A stretch of 64,000 nt of DNA from the human T2T-CHM13v2.0 reference genome, Homo sapiens. The position numbers and the translations under genes are program-made. A model generated the notes under the pieces. That model saw only the letters and a list, made by a program, of their open reading frames with translations. It was not told the origin of the DNA and searched no databases. The DNA is taken from assembly GCF_009914755.1 (NCBI RefSeq), contig NC_060935.1. The stretch is one strand, 5' to 3'. Positions 13,890-26,810 of the stretch are shown piece after piece (position 1 is the first letter of the stretch; each line of letters begins with the position of its first letter).

Positions 13890-14040
13890 CTGGTTTACAA
13901 GGGACTTTCATGTTCATGATCTTATTCCAAATCTCACAGGGCATGTATTACTATCCTCATTTTACAGATGAGAAAACTAAAGCGTGGAGAAGATGCAGCA
14001 TTGGCTCAAGGTCACACAGGTTAAAAAGAACAGGTCCAAG
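13890..14040 (-). mobile_element. MIR SINE
   Basis: cctcattttacagatgagaaaactaaagc...ctcaaggtcacacag. Confidence 0.75.
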
Positions 14041-14629
14041 ACACCTGCCCCTGAAGAGAGTAGAGGCTGGGCGGGGCAGGGGTGGGCGGGGCTGTCTACA
14101 AGAGGAGGACAATAACGCCTTTCAAAAGCACATGAAAAAATAAAGCAAGAAGAAGGCTGGCCCTCCATAGAAAGAGAGGGAAACCCAAAATATCTTTTTC
14201 TTTCCCAGAATGGCAGCCTGTGTGAGCCTGCGAGGACCTCACATCTGTCTGCTCATACAAAATGAAAGAGGTTTTGAAAAACAAGAGAGACCATAATAAA
14301 GCATAGACTATGCTGGGCCCGGAGCTGCGTCCAGCGGGTCCTGTCACTGTCACGACCAGGAGACAGCAGCCTAGCTGTTCCTGCACCCTGGCTTCCCCCA
14401 AGCCCCAGGGCTCCTGGAAAGGGGCAGACCAACAGATACATTTGCATCAGGGCTGAGGGAGGAGCCAGGAGACCCAGCACCCAGCTAAGGGGCAACCATG
14501 CAGAGCCACAGTTCCTAGTGCACACTCCTATAGTGATCTCAGCACTGCTTCTCAGAACCCAACCCCTATCTATAGGGCTCCCCAGAGAGCTCCCAGAAAT
14601 CACAGACTGGCAGTGTCTCTTACTGGGGC

Positions 14630-15150
14630 TGTATTCATTATCTACTGCTGCAAAACAAATCACCCCAAGACTCAGCAGCTTAAAGTGATGTTATAACCCC
14701 ACAGTTTCTGAGGGTCTGGAATCCTGAAGTGGCTGAGTTAGGTGACTCTGGTTTAGGGTCTCTCATGAGACTGTGCAGCTATAAGCCAGGCTGCAGTCAC
14801 CACGTGGCTTGGCTGGTGCTGGAGAATTTGCGTCCAGCTTACTCAGGTGTCTGCGTCGGGCCTTGATCTCTTCTGGCCGTTGGCTGGAGGCTTCAGTTCC
14901 TCACCATGTGGGCATCTCAATATGGCTGTTTGCAACCTGATGGCAGCTTCCCCAAAAGCCAGCCACCCAGGGGTGAGAGCCCAAGATGGAAGCCATAGTC
15001 CTTTATAACCAAATCTCAGAAATGACATCATCACCTCCATCACATGCTACTGGTCACACAAACCAACCCTGGTGCAAAATGAGAGAGAACTACAAGAGGT
15101 GTGGACCCAAGAGGGAGGATGGTTAGGGTCATGCTGAAGGCTGGCTGCCA
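14630..15150 (-). mobile_element. MaLR solo LTR (MLT1F-like)
   Basis: ctgctgcaaaacaaatcaccccaagactcagcagcttaaa, tcagttcctcaccatgtgggc, ctactggtcacacaaaccaaccctgg. Confidence 0.8.
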
Positions 15151-16985
15151 TGGGGGTACAATTTGGGTGGGAAAATTCTTCTCTGTGTTTGGCATCCTTG
15201 GTCTTGCCCTCTGAATGCCAGTAGCTCCCACCAGTCATTCTACAGCTAACAGCTCCTCCCTGATCCCCTTTCCCTGACACACACACATTTCCAAAAGCTT
15301 CTTAGGGTTGCTTCTTATCACAGAACCATTGGCCCCATCTCCTCATTTTATTGACAAGCAAATGGTTTTGGCAATAACACGGAAGACATCGTTCACACAG
15401 TGGAACAGAACAACTGTGAATTGTAGGTCCCTCCGTGTGGGATTCACAGCCCATTTCTCACTAGCTGTTGCAATGTGGGCAAGTTCTTTCTCATCCTTCG
15501 GCTCCCAGTTTCTGCTCTGTGAAGTGGGGGTAATGAGACCTAGATTGCAGAGGCATTACAGGGGGCAAACGAGACCACATTGTCAAGCACCGGCACACAG
15601 CAAGAGCTCAACAAGCTGCTATACACAGTGTGGGTATCAGGCTCCAGGTGAGAGATCTGCTGTTCCTTTGAGGTCCACTATTTAAGAAGGCAACGCTGTC
15701 CAGCTGAAAGAACACGGTCCTATGAATCGGGAAGCTTGAACTCCATTCAAGCTGCTTTAAACCTTCCTGGGTTTCAGCTCCCCTAGTTATAAGTTAGAAA
15801 AGATAATTTTCACTTCTTTCATCCTTTCCAGTTATTCTATGATGAAAAAGGAAGAACAGCTGTAAAAGGCTTTTCAGGATTTAAAGTCTGAGTGTTGTGA
15901 ACAAGGGCCAGGTTCCGCATCTGGTCCATCTGATGTTCCCAGTGGACTTCAGGCAGGCAGTCGCTAGATCAGCAAGCATACAGTGCATGGGGGAATGCCA
16001 GGTGCCGCCTGCTCCCAGGGAGCACACCTCAGAGCTCAGCGACCAGTGCACCCAAAGGGGATCGTGGCATAATGCTGTCCAAGACCGGGACAGCAGGACA
16101 GCGGGGCAGGCTGGGGGCCTACAGAGCACCAACATGCTGCCCCAGGTGGCCATGTTCCTGAATATGGAACACACCGTACCGCTGATGTATATGTTTAAGG
16201 TGGTGTTTATGATTGCTAAAATGATGGTACATCATCCATCCATAGTCTAGCTCAGAATCAATGACATCCTATAATCCAGCAACTGTAAAGGGTTCACTTG
16301 CTGGGCCTTGGGAAGCCTTCACTGAGGAGATACATTCGCGGAGGGGTTTATGAAGAGTTGCAGGCTTCCATGTCAAGAAGGGCAGTCCCAGCAATGGGAG
16401 CAACCAGAGGGAAGCCAGAGAAGCATGAGATGGCATGGCAGGCTCTGGGGACTGGGAGCAGTCCAGTGTGGTTGTGACAGCGAGTGTAGATACTTATTAC
16501 ACACACAGTGAGGAGTCATGAAAGGTTTAAAGTCAGGCAGTGATATGATCAGATCTCTATTTTAGATAGAGGTGGAAAGAAATTGGAGGCACTGAAATCA
16601 GTTAGGAAGCAATTGCAGGCTGCATGGGTGAAAGATGATGACTGCCTGAAACAGGCAGAATGTAGGTTACTCAATAGATGCTTACTGCTGAATGATTGTG
16701 TGTGTGTGTACATCTATATACAGATACATATTCTGCATTGTTCTAGAAGGGGACAGTTTCAAATGGCACCAATTCATTTCTTCTCCACCCACATACTCTG
16801 AACTCTTTTCTCACCTTCTGCCAGCACTCCAGCGATTCCAACCTTCTTAGTACTTTTCTTGCTAGAATCCACCCAGTTTTCCACACAAAATGAAACCTAT
16901 TTTGCATTCTAGGTCATTCCCTCCCTAAGAAGAATTTTGTGGGTCTAGCAGTAATTAGCTCTGTGTTTCTCAAGTCTTCCCCTAG

Positions 16986-17025
16986 ATGCTGACGTCAGCC
17001 AGACCCCTCTGGCTGACGTCAGCAT
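16986..17025. promoter_or_regulatory. Perfect hairpin with two full CRE sites (TGACGTCA), each in a near-complete C-MARE
   Basis: ATGCTGACGTCAGCCAGA-CCCC-TCTGGCTGACGTCAGCAT. Structure seen directly; regulatory role inferred. Confidence 0.5.
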
Positions 17026-17845
17026 TACTCATACAACGTCAATGTCAACCATGCTTCCTCCTCACCAGCTATCATGTGTCTGCGCACACAGGTAATGCAC
17101 ATTTGTTCCCATGCAGACTGCTTGTGTGTCCATATGAAATGTACCTACAAGTGTAATCATAAAAACATGGATGACTGGACTCATGCCCATTCCACTGGGT
17201 CTCCAGGCTCAAAGCTTTGGCTTGCCCAGGCATTTCTTCCTTGGTCTGAAAGGATTTCCATGATGCCCAGGGAAGAGGTTTAGCATGAGCCTCTCCGAGA
17301 GTAACTTTCATGACCGTCTGCTGGCAGCCCCACCCCTCTGTGGTCTGGAGCCACAGTGCAGGTTTGCACCGGTATAACTGTATCTCTATTTTGGAAGTGC
17401 TGACTTTGACAGTCTACTGGATGCAACTCCAAGTCTCTCTGCAGCAGTCCCTTTCCCTGCATCTGGGTACTTTTCATGGTAAGAGATGAAGAGATGTATT
17501 GTCACATCCTAAAAGGAGAAGACTAGAACAGTCCACCAGAAGACAGAGGGAAAACACCTCTACCCCAGAGAAGAAATTACCAGCTTCAAACAACACATGT
17601 AGTTTGTAGGGTTTGAACAACACTTGTAGGGCTTGAACACATATTGTCTAATCTGATCCTCCAAATAATACCTCAGGGTAATAAAAGCAAAGGTTTCCAT
17701 TGCCAATTGATAAAGAAAGAAAACTAAGCCTCAGAGAGGTGAGAAGATATGCCTATATTAATGTCACTAATAACAGGCAGGGAAGGGACTTGACTCCTGG
17801 TCTCCTGACTCCCACTGCACAGGCTACCATGAAAGATTTCCTAGG

Positions 17846-18027
17846 ATGGTGGTTCTTGAAGGAGGGCCTGGCCCAGTAGCATCACCTGAGAGACTGTTAG
17901 AAATGCAAATTCTTGGACTCCATCTCAAACCTACTCAATCGGAAACTCTGGGGTTGGGGCCCTGCAATTTGTGCTTCACTAAGCCCCCCAGCCGATACTG
18001 TTGTGCACACAAGTTCGAGAACACTGA
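17846..18027. mobile_element. MER5A hAT-Charlie DNA transposon
   Basis: gtggttct...gcatcacctgagagactgttagaaatgcaaattcttgg...gaaactctggggttggggccc...gagaacactg; terminal inverted repeats. Confidence 0.85.
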
Positions 18028-18962
18028 CCTGGGACATGGGAATGGATAATGAGATAAAACAGATAAAAGGACTTTAATCCCACAAAGCCTACATATCAAC
18101 AGAGAATGCCTGGGAGCAGCTGGTGGCTGCTTATTTCATCTGTAGACAGCGTGAGCCACGCAGTGCCCTCAAACCGAAGTCAAGCTATTTACCCACTAGA
18201 ACCCCACAGTGGATACTGGACTCTGTGCATGGTTATTCAGGGTGTGCACTGTACAACTCAAAGGCAACAGTGCCCCTGAAGATGGGCTGCATGGCCATTA
18301 GTGGTGGCTGGGAAAGTCCTGGGCAAACCAGGATGAGTTGATCACCCCAACACCCAAGGTCTCACATGGTAGCTGCAATGGGCAAATCTGAGATTGATCA
18401 GAAACAGGAGGAGGAGGCATTGTCATATATTTACTGCCATTTGGTTCTAATTCTAGAGCCCCTGGTCTCACCACAGACTCAGCTGCAGCCCCTTTGACAT
18501 AAAATATCTCCACCTCTGCTCAGATCCATCTGCTCAGACACTTGGGCACATGACCAACATTTTTTAGCATTCAGGGGCTGTGACGTGTGCAAGTCCAGAA
18601 GAGGAACCAATGGGTAGAGATTCCCAAAAGGGATGTTTCCAACAACCAGATGTAGGCAAGAGAATGGGCACCTTCAAGAGAGAGGGGCTCCTTGGTTACA
18701 GGGAAGAGCCAGGCAGGGGCTGGACAACTACCCACAGGAAGGGAGGACCAGGGCCCTTACATATATTATTTTACCTAATCATGGCAATGGTTCTGTGGGA
18801 AAAAAAGTACTCTATTAAGCCCATTTTACTGATGAGAAAACAGGCTTAGAGAGGATGCAGCACTTGCCACAGGTTATGCAGCTGGTAATTTGGACCTTGG
18901 TCTGACTCTGACTTCAAAGTTCATACTCTTTCCCCATTAGTGTTCTATCTACATCTAACATT

Positions 18963-19079
18963 AAGGTGACCAATGATCCCAGTATGCCCAGGACTGAGGT
19001 GGAGAGGAGGTTCTTAGGAGATGGGACTTCCAGTGCTAAAACCTGAGTCCCGGGAGAACCAGGACAAGCTGGTCACCCT
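18963..19079. mobile_element. MER81-like hAT MITE
   Basis: Terminal inverted repeats aggtgacca...tggtcaccct; internal gggacttccagtgctaaaacc. Confidence 0.75.
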
Positions 19080-19689
19080 GTCTCACACTGAAAGTCTTCA
19101 TCTTTAGGGCTTACAAGACTCCATTTCCAGTCCCTTCCTATTCTCCAACCCTGGCCCCCGTCAGCAGACCTCATTACTGATGCTGTCAACCCCCTGGCAA
19201 GCACCCCACTGCCCAGGTATCATGCAAAAGCTCACTCCTGCCACACCGTTGACTCCAGCCACCTAGCAAATGTTGAGAAGGGACAAGCCTCGTCTTAGCA
19301 AGGGGCAAGCCCCAGCCATGGCCATCCTAACTCCAAGGTTACATATTTATTGTTCAAGAAATAAGGACTGCCAATAACTATGGCCACAGATTTGTTGCTG
19401 CACACTCGCATCTCCAGAAGGAGTACAGCTGGGCTTGACCAGAAGCAGGGGTTGGCTAAGCCAGACCAAGACAGAGTGTGCACCTGAAACAAGTGCATGA
19501 GAACAGCAGCTCCCAGCCAGCCAGGCCATCAGATCCAAATGCAGATGTCAGGCAAGCTGGAGGGGAGGGATTCCTTGTTTGAGAAGAAAAGGTGAACTGG
19601 ACATTACCTGGCAACTACCAATGTGGGGTACATTTTCTTTGTTTTCTTATTTATAAATATCCCTAGCAATCCTGGAGGTAGGTGCTTTT

Positions 19690-20120
19690 GACAGAGATGG
19701 TCTCCACCAGAGATTTGTGCCTCTCCTTCCATAGTATGGAGTTGTTGCTGTAAAGCAGCCGCCCAGCCAGGGACTCTGCTTTCCCAGAACTCCTTACATC
19801 TAGGTGGGGCACCTACTGATTCCTGGCCAGTGGGATGTGGGTGGAAGCGACAAATGCCATGCCTGGGTCTGGTCTACAAAAACCTCCCACTTCATTCTCC
19901 ACATTCGATCTCTTCTGCCATCTCTCTCTGAATGGTGATGATAAGTGCAATCTTGAGAGCCAGAGGCTAAAGACAATGGATTGTTAGTTAGCCTGGATCC
20001 CTGGATGACTGCATGGAGCAGATGCCCACTGCCTATTGGATTCTACATGAGCAAGAAATATAATTTATTGTGTTAAGCCATTGAGATTTAGGGTTTTTCT
20101 ATTACAACAGCTTGCATCAC
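19690..20120 (+). mobile_element. MaLR LTR (MLT1I/J-like)
   Basis: tggccagtgggatgtgggtggaag, gcctggatccctggatgactgcatggagcaga, ttgtgttaagccattgagattt. Confidence 0.7.
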
Positions 20121-21586
20121 CTAAGTGGGAATGCAGTGTTATTCCCATTGACAAATGAGGAAACTAAGGCTCAAAGATGTGTGGGAACTTCCCTTAAGAA
20201 CACATAGTAATTAGGGAAGGTGGAACCACCAATGCTCCTGTTCTTTCCCCTTTTCCAGGCTGCTCCACACAACACAGTGCTCTTTGTGTTAAAGCATGTC
20301 CAGCTTCCCTCCCCATGAAGCTGCAGGCCTCTGGACTCTGGTTCTGGGCCTCTGCCACTGCATCCCTCAGCATCACTAGGAGGCCTTAAGTGACTCTTGC
20401 ATCCTGAGGGATGCTGCATGGAGCCCACAAGCTCCATACCACAGGCAAAGTCCAAGTTGGCTTAGTATCATGGTGGGAATGCAGGACAAGAGGGGAAAGG
20501 AAAATTGGACCCTGGTGGCCAGCAGGTTTTGTGCCTACTGGGTAGTCATGACCCCTGAGAAAGGTTACCCTGGGCAAATGCTCTCAGGGAGGAAACAGAA
20601 TGAGACATCTCCTCTCCTCAGCTCCAACACCTGACCTTGGGTCTTTGGACGATGGCTGGCCCATTGCTAGATGACAGATGGCACATCATCTCATAGGGAC
20701 TCACCTATAGAAACTGGGTCTAGGAAAGTCTCAGGGATGCATGGAGGAGGAATTGCGAAACCCAATCCTGAGTTCAGGCCCTCACTTCACAGACTGAGAC
20801 ACTGAGGAGGCCCATAGTGGTGAAATGACTTAACCCAAGACTGTAGACGGTGCTACCTTAGAGAGGAAGCCTGAGGTCAAACCCAGAGCTCCTAACTCCC
20901 AATCTAGTGATGACAGGACAAACATGGTGCAATTTACAGACAGAGCTAAATCCCTAGGTTGAGCCAGAGGCCCATTTTGGGACGCTGGTGGTACTGGGTC
21001 TGTCCTGGGGCCCCACCCCATGGCTGGCTGTGGGACCCTCCTATTCACTAATGCAGGAATCTCAAATGCTTTAAAAAATAATAGGATCAAGTCCATCTGG
21101 TAACACTCTGAGCTTGGAGGAGGTGGAGGTGACTGGGCGGTGAGGAGCATGCCCAGGGCAGAGACAAAGCAGGGCAGCTCCATACAGGGAGTCAAGCTGG
21201 GGACTTGGAGAGCCGGGTCAGCATCCAGGGTCCTTGGACTGTGCACACACTGAGTTCCAGGTAATTGGTTTATCAACAAACGCACACAGCATTTGGACCA
21301 GTTTACTCTCCTCAGATCCTATTCTGTCTTCAGAGAGTCAACATACTCGAATCAGAGAAAAATATTTGGAGGAGAAGGCTGCTGAGGGTTTGGGGAGGGT
21401 GTGGTCTTGTCTCTGAGAATGGGCTATGGAGAATCCAGCCTTGACATACCCAGAGACCTATGTCAGGAAATGGCGATTAACATGAGGTCGCTGGGTTACT
21501 TGTGATGTTGTGGCCTCAGGTGGCCTCTCCCTGTCTCCCATGTGTCCCTTCTGGGAGTATAGCTATGGAGATGCTCACTCCACTTT

Positions 21587-21645
21587 CATCCATCCATCCA
21601 TCCATCCATCCATCCATCCATCCACCCATCCGTCCATCCATCAAT
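21587..21645 (+). repeat. (CATC)n microsatellite at an L2 tail
   Basis: Direct reading. Confidence 0.93.
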
Positions 21646-22679
21646 CCATTCAGCAGGTACGGAGAATCTGCTTTGAGCCAACCTCTGTGCTAGGAGAGAG
21701 AATACAGAGAAAATAAGACATGCTTTCTTGCCCTCGAGGCACTTCTAGTCCATAGGGGAGACAGAGAAGTCAATAAGCAGTGACAGCATGGTCTTACATA
21801 GCACAGACGAGGAGCACAAGCCAGGGAGAAAGTGGTGAGAGAGAGGAGTGGAGGCCCAGGGAGGAGGAGGAGCAAGGGTGCCCTGCAGGAAACCAGGTTC
21901 CTGGATTGGGGCCAGTCCCCAGAGGGTTACAGTATCCACATGGCTGCACACACATGAGCAATAGTAGTCACATATCCCAGTTGTGACCGACATAAACTCC
22001 AGGCTTCCTGACATCCCTCAGTTCTGGACCTCACTGTCCTGCCCATGCCTGTGTGCACAGGCCCTCTGTCCCCCCAAGCTCCACAGGGAGCCATCTGCCC
22101 ACCAGTTCCCCAACATACAGGATGCTGAGCAGCGTCTGACACCTTGGGGCCACCTCAGCTCCCGCTGTCTGGCGTAACCACCCTCTTGGCTCCAGGCCCA
22201 GTTCCCCAGGGCAGCAGGTCCTCCCCAAGCCCAGATCCTTCTGAAGACTCTCACTCAGTCTCTCAGGCCACTGCCACCCCTGCTTCAAACGCTCTCTCAT
22301 TTAATTTAGAGCTTGCTGGGAGCCAGACAAACACCTTGTGTTTATCCCTAACAATTAATCCTTAGCGATTAACAGACAGAATTCAATACCCACAAACACA
22401 CCCGCAGCCTGCCTGTGACCTGCAGGCATCACATTCCCGCCGCCATGGGGAGAAGGTGGTGCTCTCCACCCCACACCGAGGAAAACTCGTCTATAAACTC
22501 TGCCTCCTTTGTCTCCAGGAACATGTTCACTCGTTGGCCTCAGCTGAAAAGTGACTTCCTTGATCTGGACAACACGTCTAAATACCACCACTCAGCTCCG
22601 GATTATTGCAGAGCTGGATGGGGTGATGCGAGAACAGCACTGTGCCCACAGTGCCTGGCACTGAGTAATAAATCACAAT

Positions 22680-22910
22680 CGATAATGATTGTTTGCCATG
22701 TGCTAGGTACTGCTCAAAGCATTTCACATGGGTTATCTCATTTAAATCTCACAACAACCCTGCAAGGTAAGTACTGTTATTATCCTTATTTTTGAGATGA
22801 CGCTCAGAGAGGTTAAGTAACTTGCTTAAGGTCACACATCAAGTGGCTGAGCCAGGATGCAAACCTGGGCAGTGTGGCCTGCGTCCAGCTCTTGACCACC
22901 TCAGTGTACT
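22680..22910 (-). mobile_element. MIR SINE
   Basis: tcatttaaatctcacaacaaccctg...gctcagagaggttaagtaacttgcttaaggtcacac. Confidence 0.85.
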
Positions 22911-23589
22911 CCCTAAAGCGGGGCCTCTAAAACCTTAGTGCCTCCACGACACTTGTTAAATGCAGATTCCAGTCCTGCAGGGCAGGGTGGGGCCTGAGAC
23001 CCTGCATTGCTAACAAGCCCCAGTTGATGCCAGGTGAGGCCTCATGGATACGCATCAGTCTCTCTCCCTTTCACTTCTTACAGTGAGTGAGACCTTTACA
23101 AGAAGCCTGGATTCCTGGAGCTTCCCCATCGGAAGGGACTTTAGCGGTCCCTAGCTTCCTCCTCTGCGTCCTGCCAGGTCTGTGGCTGGGGGGTGTTCCC
23201 TCTACTCTCCAACTAGCCCCAGCCACTGGCCACCCCAGTAGCCAGAGCCCCGGGGGGCAAAGTCCACACCAACCTTGCCTTTGGCCTGGGTCTGTGCAAC
23301 CTATTCTGGCCTGAGCCAGAGGGCAGGAAGGGGACTCTCCATCCAGCATGCCTGGCTTTGATTCTAGACCTGGAGACCCACAGGAGACCACAGGGGGCAC
23401 AGAAGGTTCCCAAAACTACAGGCAAAGGGGAAGGAAGTCACAAAAAGAAGCATGTCAGCTCTGAGATGTACAGGGGCCCCAACCTTCCCCTGCATGCCAG
23501 GGCCTGTCTCACCCCAGCAGGGAGGGCGGGCCAACCCAGAGGACGTGCTGCCCAGAGGGTAGGTGGCCAGGACAAGGGGCTACCTGACA

Positions 23590-23915
23590 GCCGCAGTGAT
23601 TACCAAGACAACCAGCACAACCTCCTGAGCGAACCGCACAGATGCAACATTGAGTGGGGGAAGCCAGGCATAAGAGAACGCTTCCATTTTGTATGAAGTT
23701 CAAAGCCAGGCAACACTAATCCATGGTGACAGGCCTCAGGAGGGTGGTCATCTGGGTGGGGGGGATGACAGCTGGGAGGGGCACGTGGGAGGCTCACGGA
23801 GGGCTGGTGAGGCTACCTGGGGCGGGGGGTGGCTGCGTGAGCATGTTCATTTCATAAACATTCACTTAAGGTCAGTGTACTTTCCTGTATGTGTGTTAAA
23901 CTTCATTAAAAAGTC
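23590..23915 (+). mobile_element. L1ME-type 3' end fragment
   Basis: ttccattttgtatgaagttcaaagccaggcaacactaatccatggtga...tttcctgtatgtgtgttaaacttcattaaaaag. Confidence 0.7.
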
Positions 23916-24319
23916 AATTAAGAAAAAACAACACCTGACTGCAAAACAAAAACAAAACCAGGGCAGGCTACCGAGGGAGCTGAAGCTGTTCCACCCCAAG
24001 GGAGCTTTTCTCCCCTTGAGGCCAAGACAGGGTGGGGCGGGGGACAGGGATGGGCAGCACATAACCCTCTGGCCCTCTGCCCTTCCCATGCAGGTGGTCA
24101 GCACTGGGGTCTTCCCGGCCCTCCTAGTCTCACCGACCTACAGCATGCCCTGTTCACTGGGGCTGGGGGCTATGGGATGTCAGCACCCAGACAGACTCAT
24201 GTCACTCCATGTGAGACAGGTGTCCTGGCATGTCCATCCTCCTCCGGAATGGCTCCCTCCCTTCACAGGCCAGTTCTTGAACAGCTTATCTGCCTGCCTC
24301 GTTATGCTACGTCAGCTCA

Positions 24320-24875
<556 letters not shown>

Positions 24876-26629
24876 TAATCCAGCATTTTGCAAATGTGTT
24901 AGGTGCCTTGGATATGGGCATTTGGAAGCAGACCAGGGTTAGGAGATTGGGACCTGAGACCTGATGGTAGAGCTGTCCCCAGCTGGTAGTGTGGTTGAGG
25001 TGCAGTGCCTTGGCACGCTGCTCTGTGGCTTCCTCTCTGCCTCTCGTCTTCTCTTGGACCCAGGAGGCCAAGAGAAGTCCAGTGGTACCTGGGGAAGTGC
25101 TTGAAGCCCTCAGGAGAGGGGCCAGTCTCCTCAGATCCAAGCCTCCCTCCGTGCTGCCATTGGGGGCATCTTTCTGGTGTACACACCTGCCAACGTGGCC
25201 TCCTCCTCAGACCCCTAGCAGCTGCTGACACTCCCAGCTTCCAGTGTGCTATTGGCAACCTGGGACGACAACCTTTCCTGCCATGCCCTGACCCAGGGAC
25301 CCTAGGGTGCTCCCCAAACACACAGGGCTCTGTTACTCCTCCAGGCCTTTGCAACACACTGTTCCCATGGCTTAGAATGGCTCTCCAGTCCCACTCTTCG
25401 CCTGAGAAACTCCTGCTCAGGCTTCAGGACTCGGCTGAAATCTCAGGTCTTCCATGGAACCTCCCTGGGAAGCCTGGGCTCCCTTAGAGCTTTGGACATG
25501 CCTCCAACACAGCACAAAATAACACTGGGTTAGAAAGTATGGGTCAGCGAGATTTGTCCTGCCTCTGGACAGCGGCTCCCCGAGAGCCCTCCATAAGTGG
25601 TAGATGAATGAATGAAGAATGAATCCAGTCTACCAAGAGCTTGCCATCTAACTGCCACCCCTGAGCCCAGCAGCCAGACTCCTTGCCACCCTCTGGCCTT
25701 CACCGCCCTCTCCCTCCCTTGCCCTTCCTGAGTCTTCACCACCCCAGCCTTTATTGCTTCTACTGATGCTTCCTCTTGCGGCCTCTGCCTGCTGACCTTG
25801 ACCTTTCCCCTAACCGGTGTTCTCTCCATAACAAATCAAGCACCGCAGATTTTTAAAAATTTTCTTTTCTTTTTAGCAGCCCCAAACCCTAAGCCTTGGG
25901 AGCGGGTTTCTTCAAATTCAAGGTACTATATTGATGTAGTCCTGGGCTGGGGTTGCTGAAGGTCCCGATGCACAGCATCCTTGTTATTTCCATGGCCTGG
26001 GTGACCAGTGACCAGTCAGTCAATGAGCTCTCACTGTCCTTTCCCCATCCCTCCTCAATCACGCACCACCAGCACAATACTGAACGCAAGGTAGGGAGTT
26101 ACACATGACTCCATGAAAATGCCTCCTATTTACAAATAAATGCAGGAATGCGTAAAGACAGCAAGTCCTCCTGAGTGACACAAAGGAGAGAGGGTCTGGC
26201 ACACCATGGCAGCCAGAAGAATGAGCTGGCTTCAGGAGGAAGGGGCTACCTGAGTCAGGGACCTTGCAGCTTCTCAACCTCAGAGAGACCGCCTGTGTCC
26301 TCTGATCTCTGGTCCCTCAGGTAACAGGAGAAGGACAATACCCAATCTCACAATCGTGCTGCATGTGGGATGCAGTGCTGTGTGGGGCAGAGTTTTATAA
26401 ACCGCAGGAACCTTGCCCTGAGGGTCCAGGGGAACCTAAATGCTGGGGTCAGACTGAAATGCAAGGTGCTCAGAGGCAGGTTAAGCTAGGATGACTTTAC
26501 CAGGAAAGGAGCCCTCTAATCTTTAGTAAGGAGAAGAGTCTTGGAGATCATCTGGGTTCTCCCCAACACAACAGGTTTCCCTTCCGCAAGTCCCATAAAA
26601 TGCCAAGAAGGGCACAGGCTTTCTTGGAA

Positions 26630-26810
26630 ACACAGACCTGCTCTGCTATTTACAAGCTGTGTGGCCTTGGGCTAATTACTTAACCTCTCTGAGCTTATTG
26701 CCTCCTACACAATATGGCGGCAATGATACCAAAATTGTAGACTATTGTGAGAAAGTGAAGACAGAGCAAGAACACCTGGTACTTAGCAGGCACTCAACAA
26801 ATGGTAACTA
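26630..26810 (+). mobile_element. MIR SINE
   Basis: agctgtgtggccttgggctaattacttaacctctctgagc...acttagcaggcactcaacaaatg. Confidence 0.75.
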
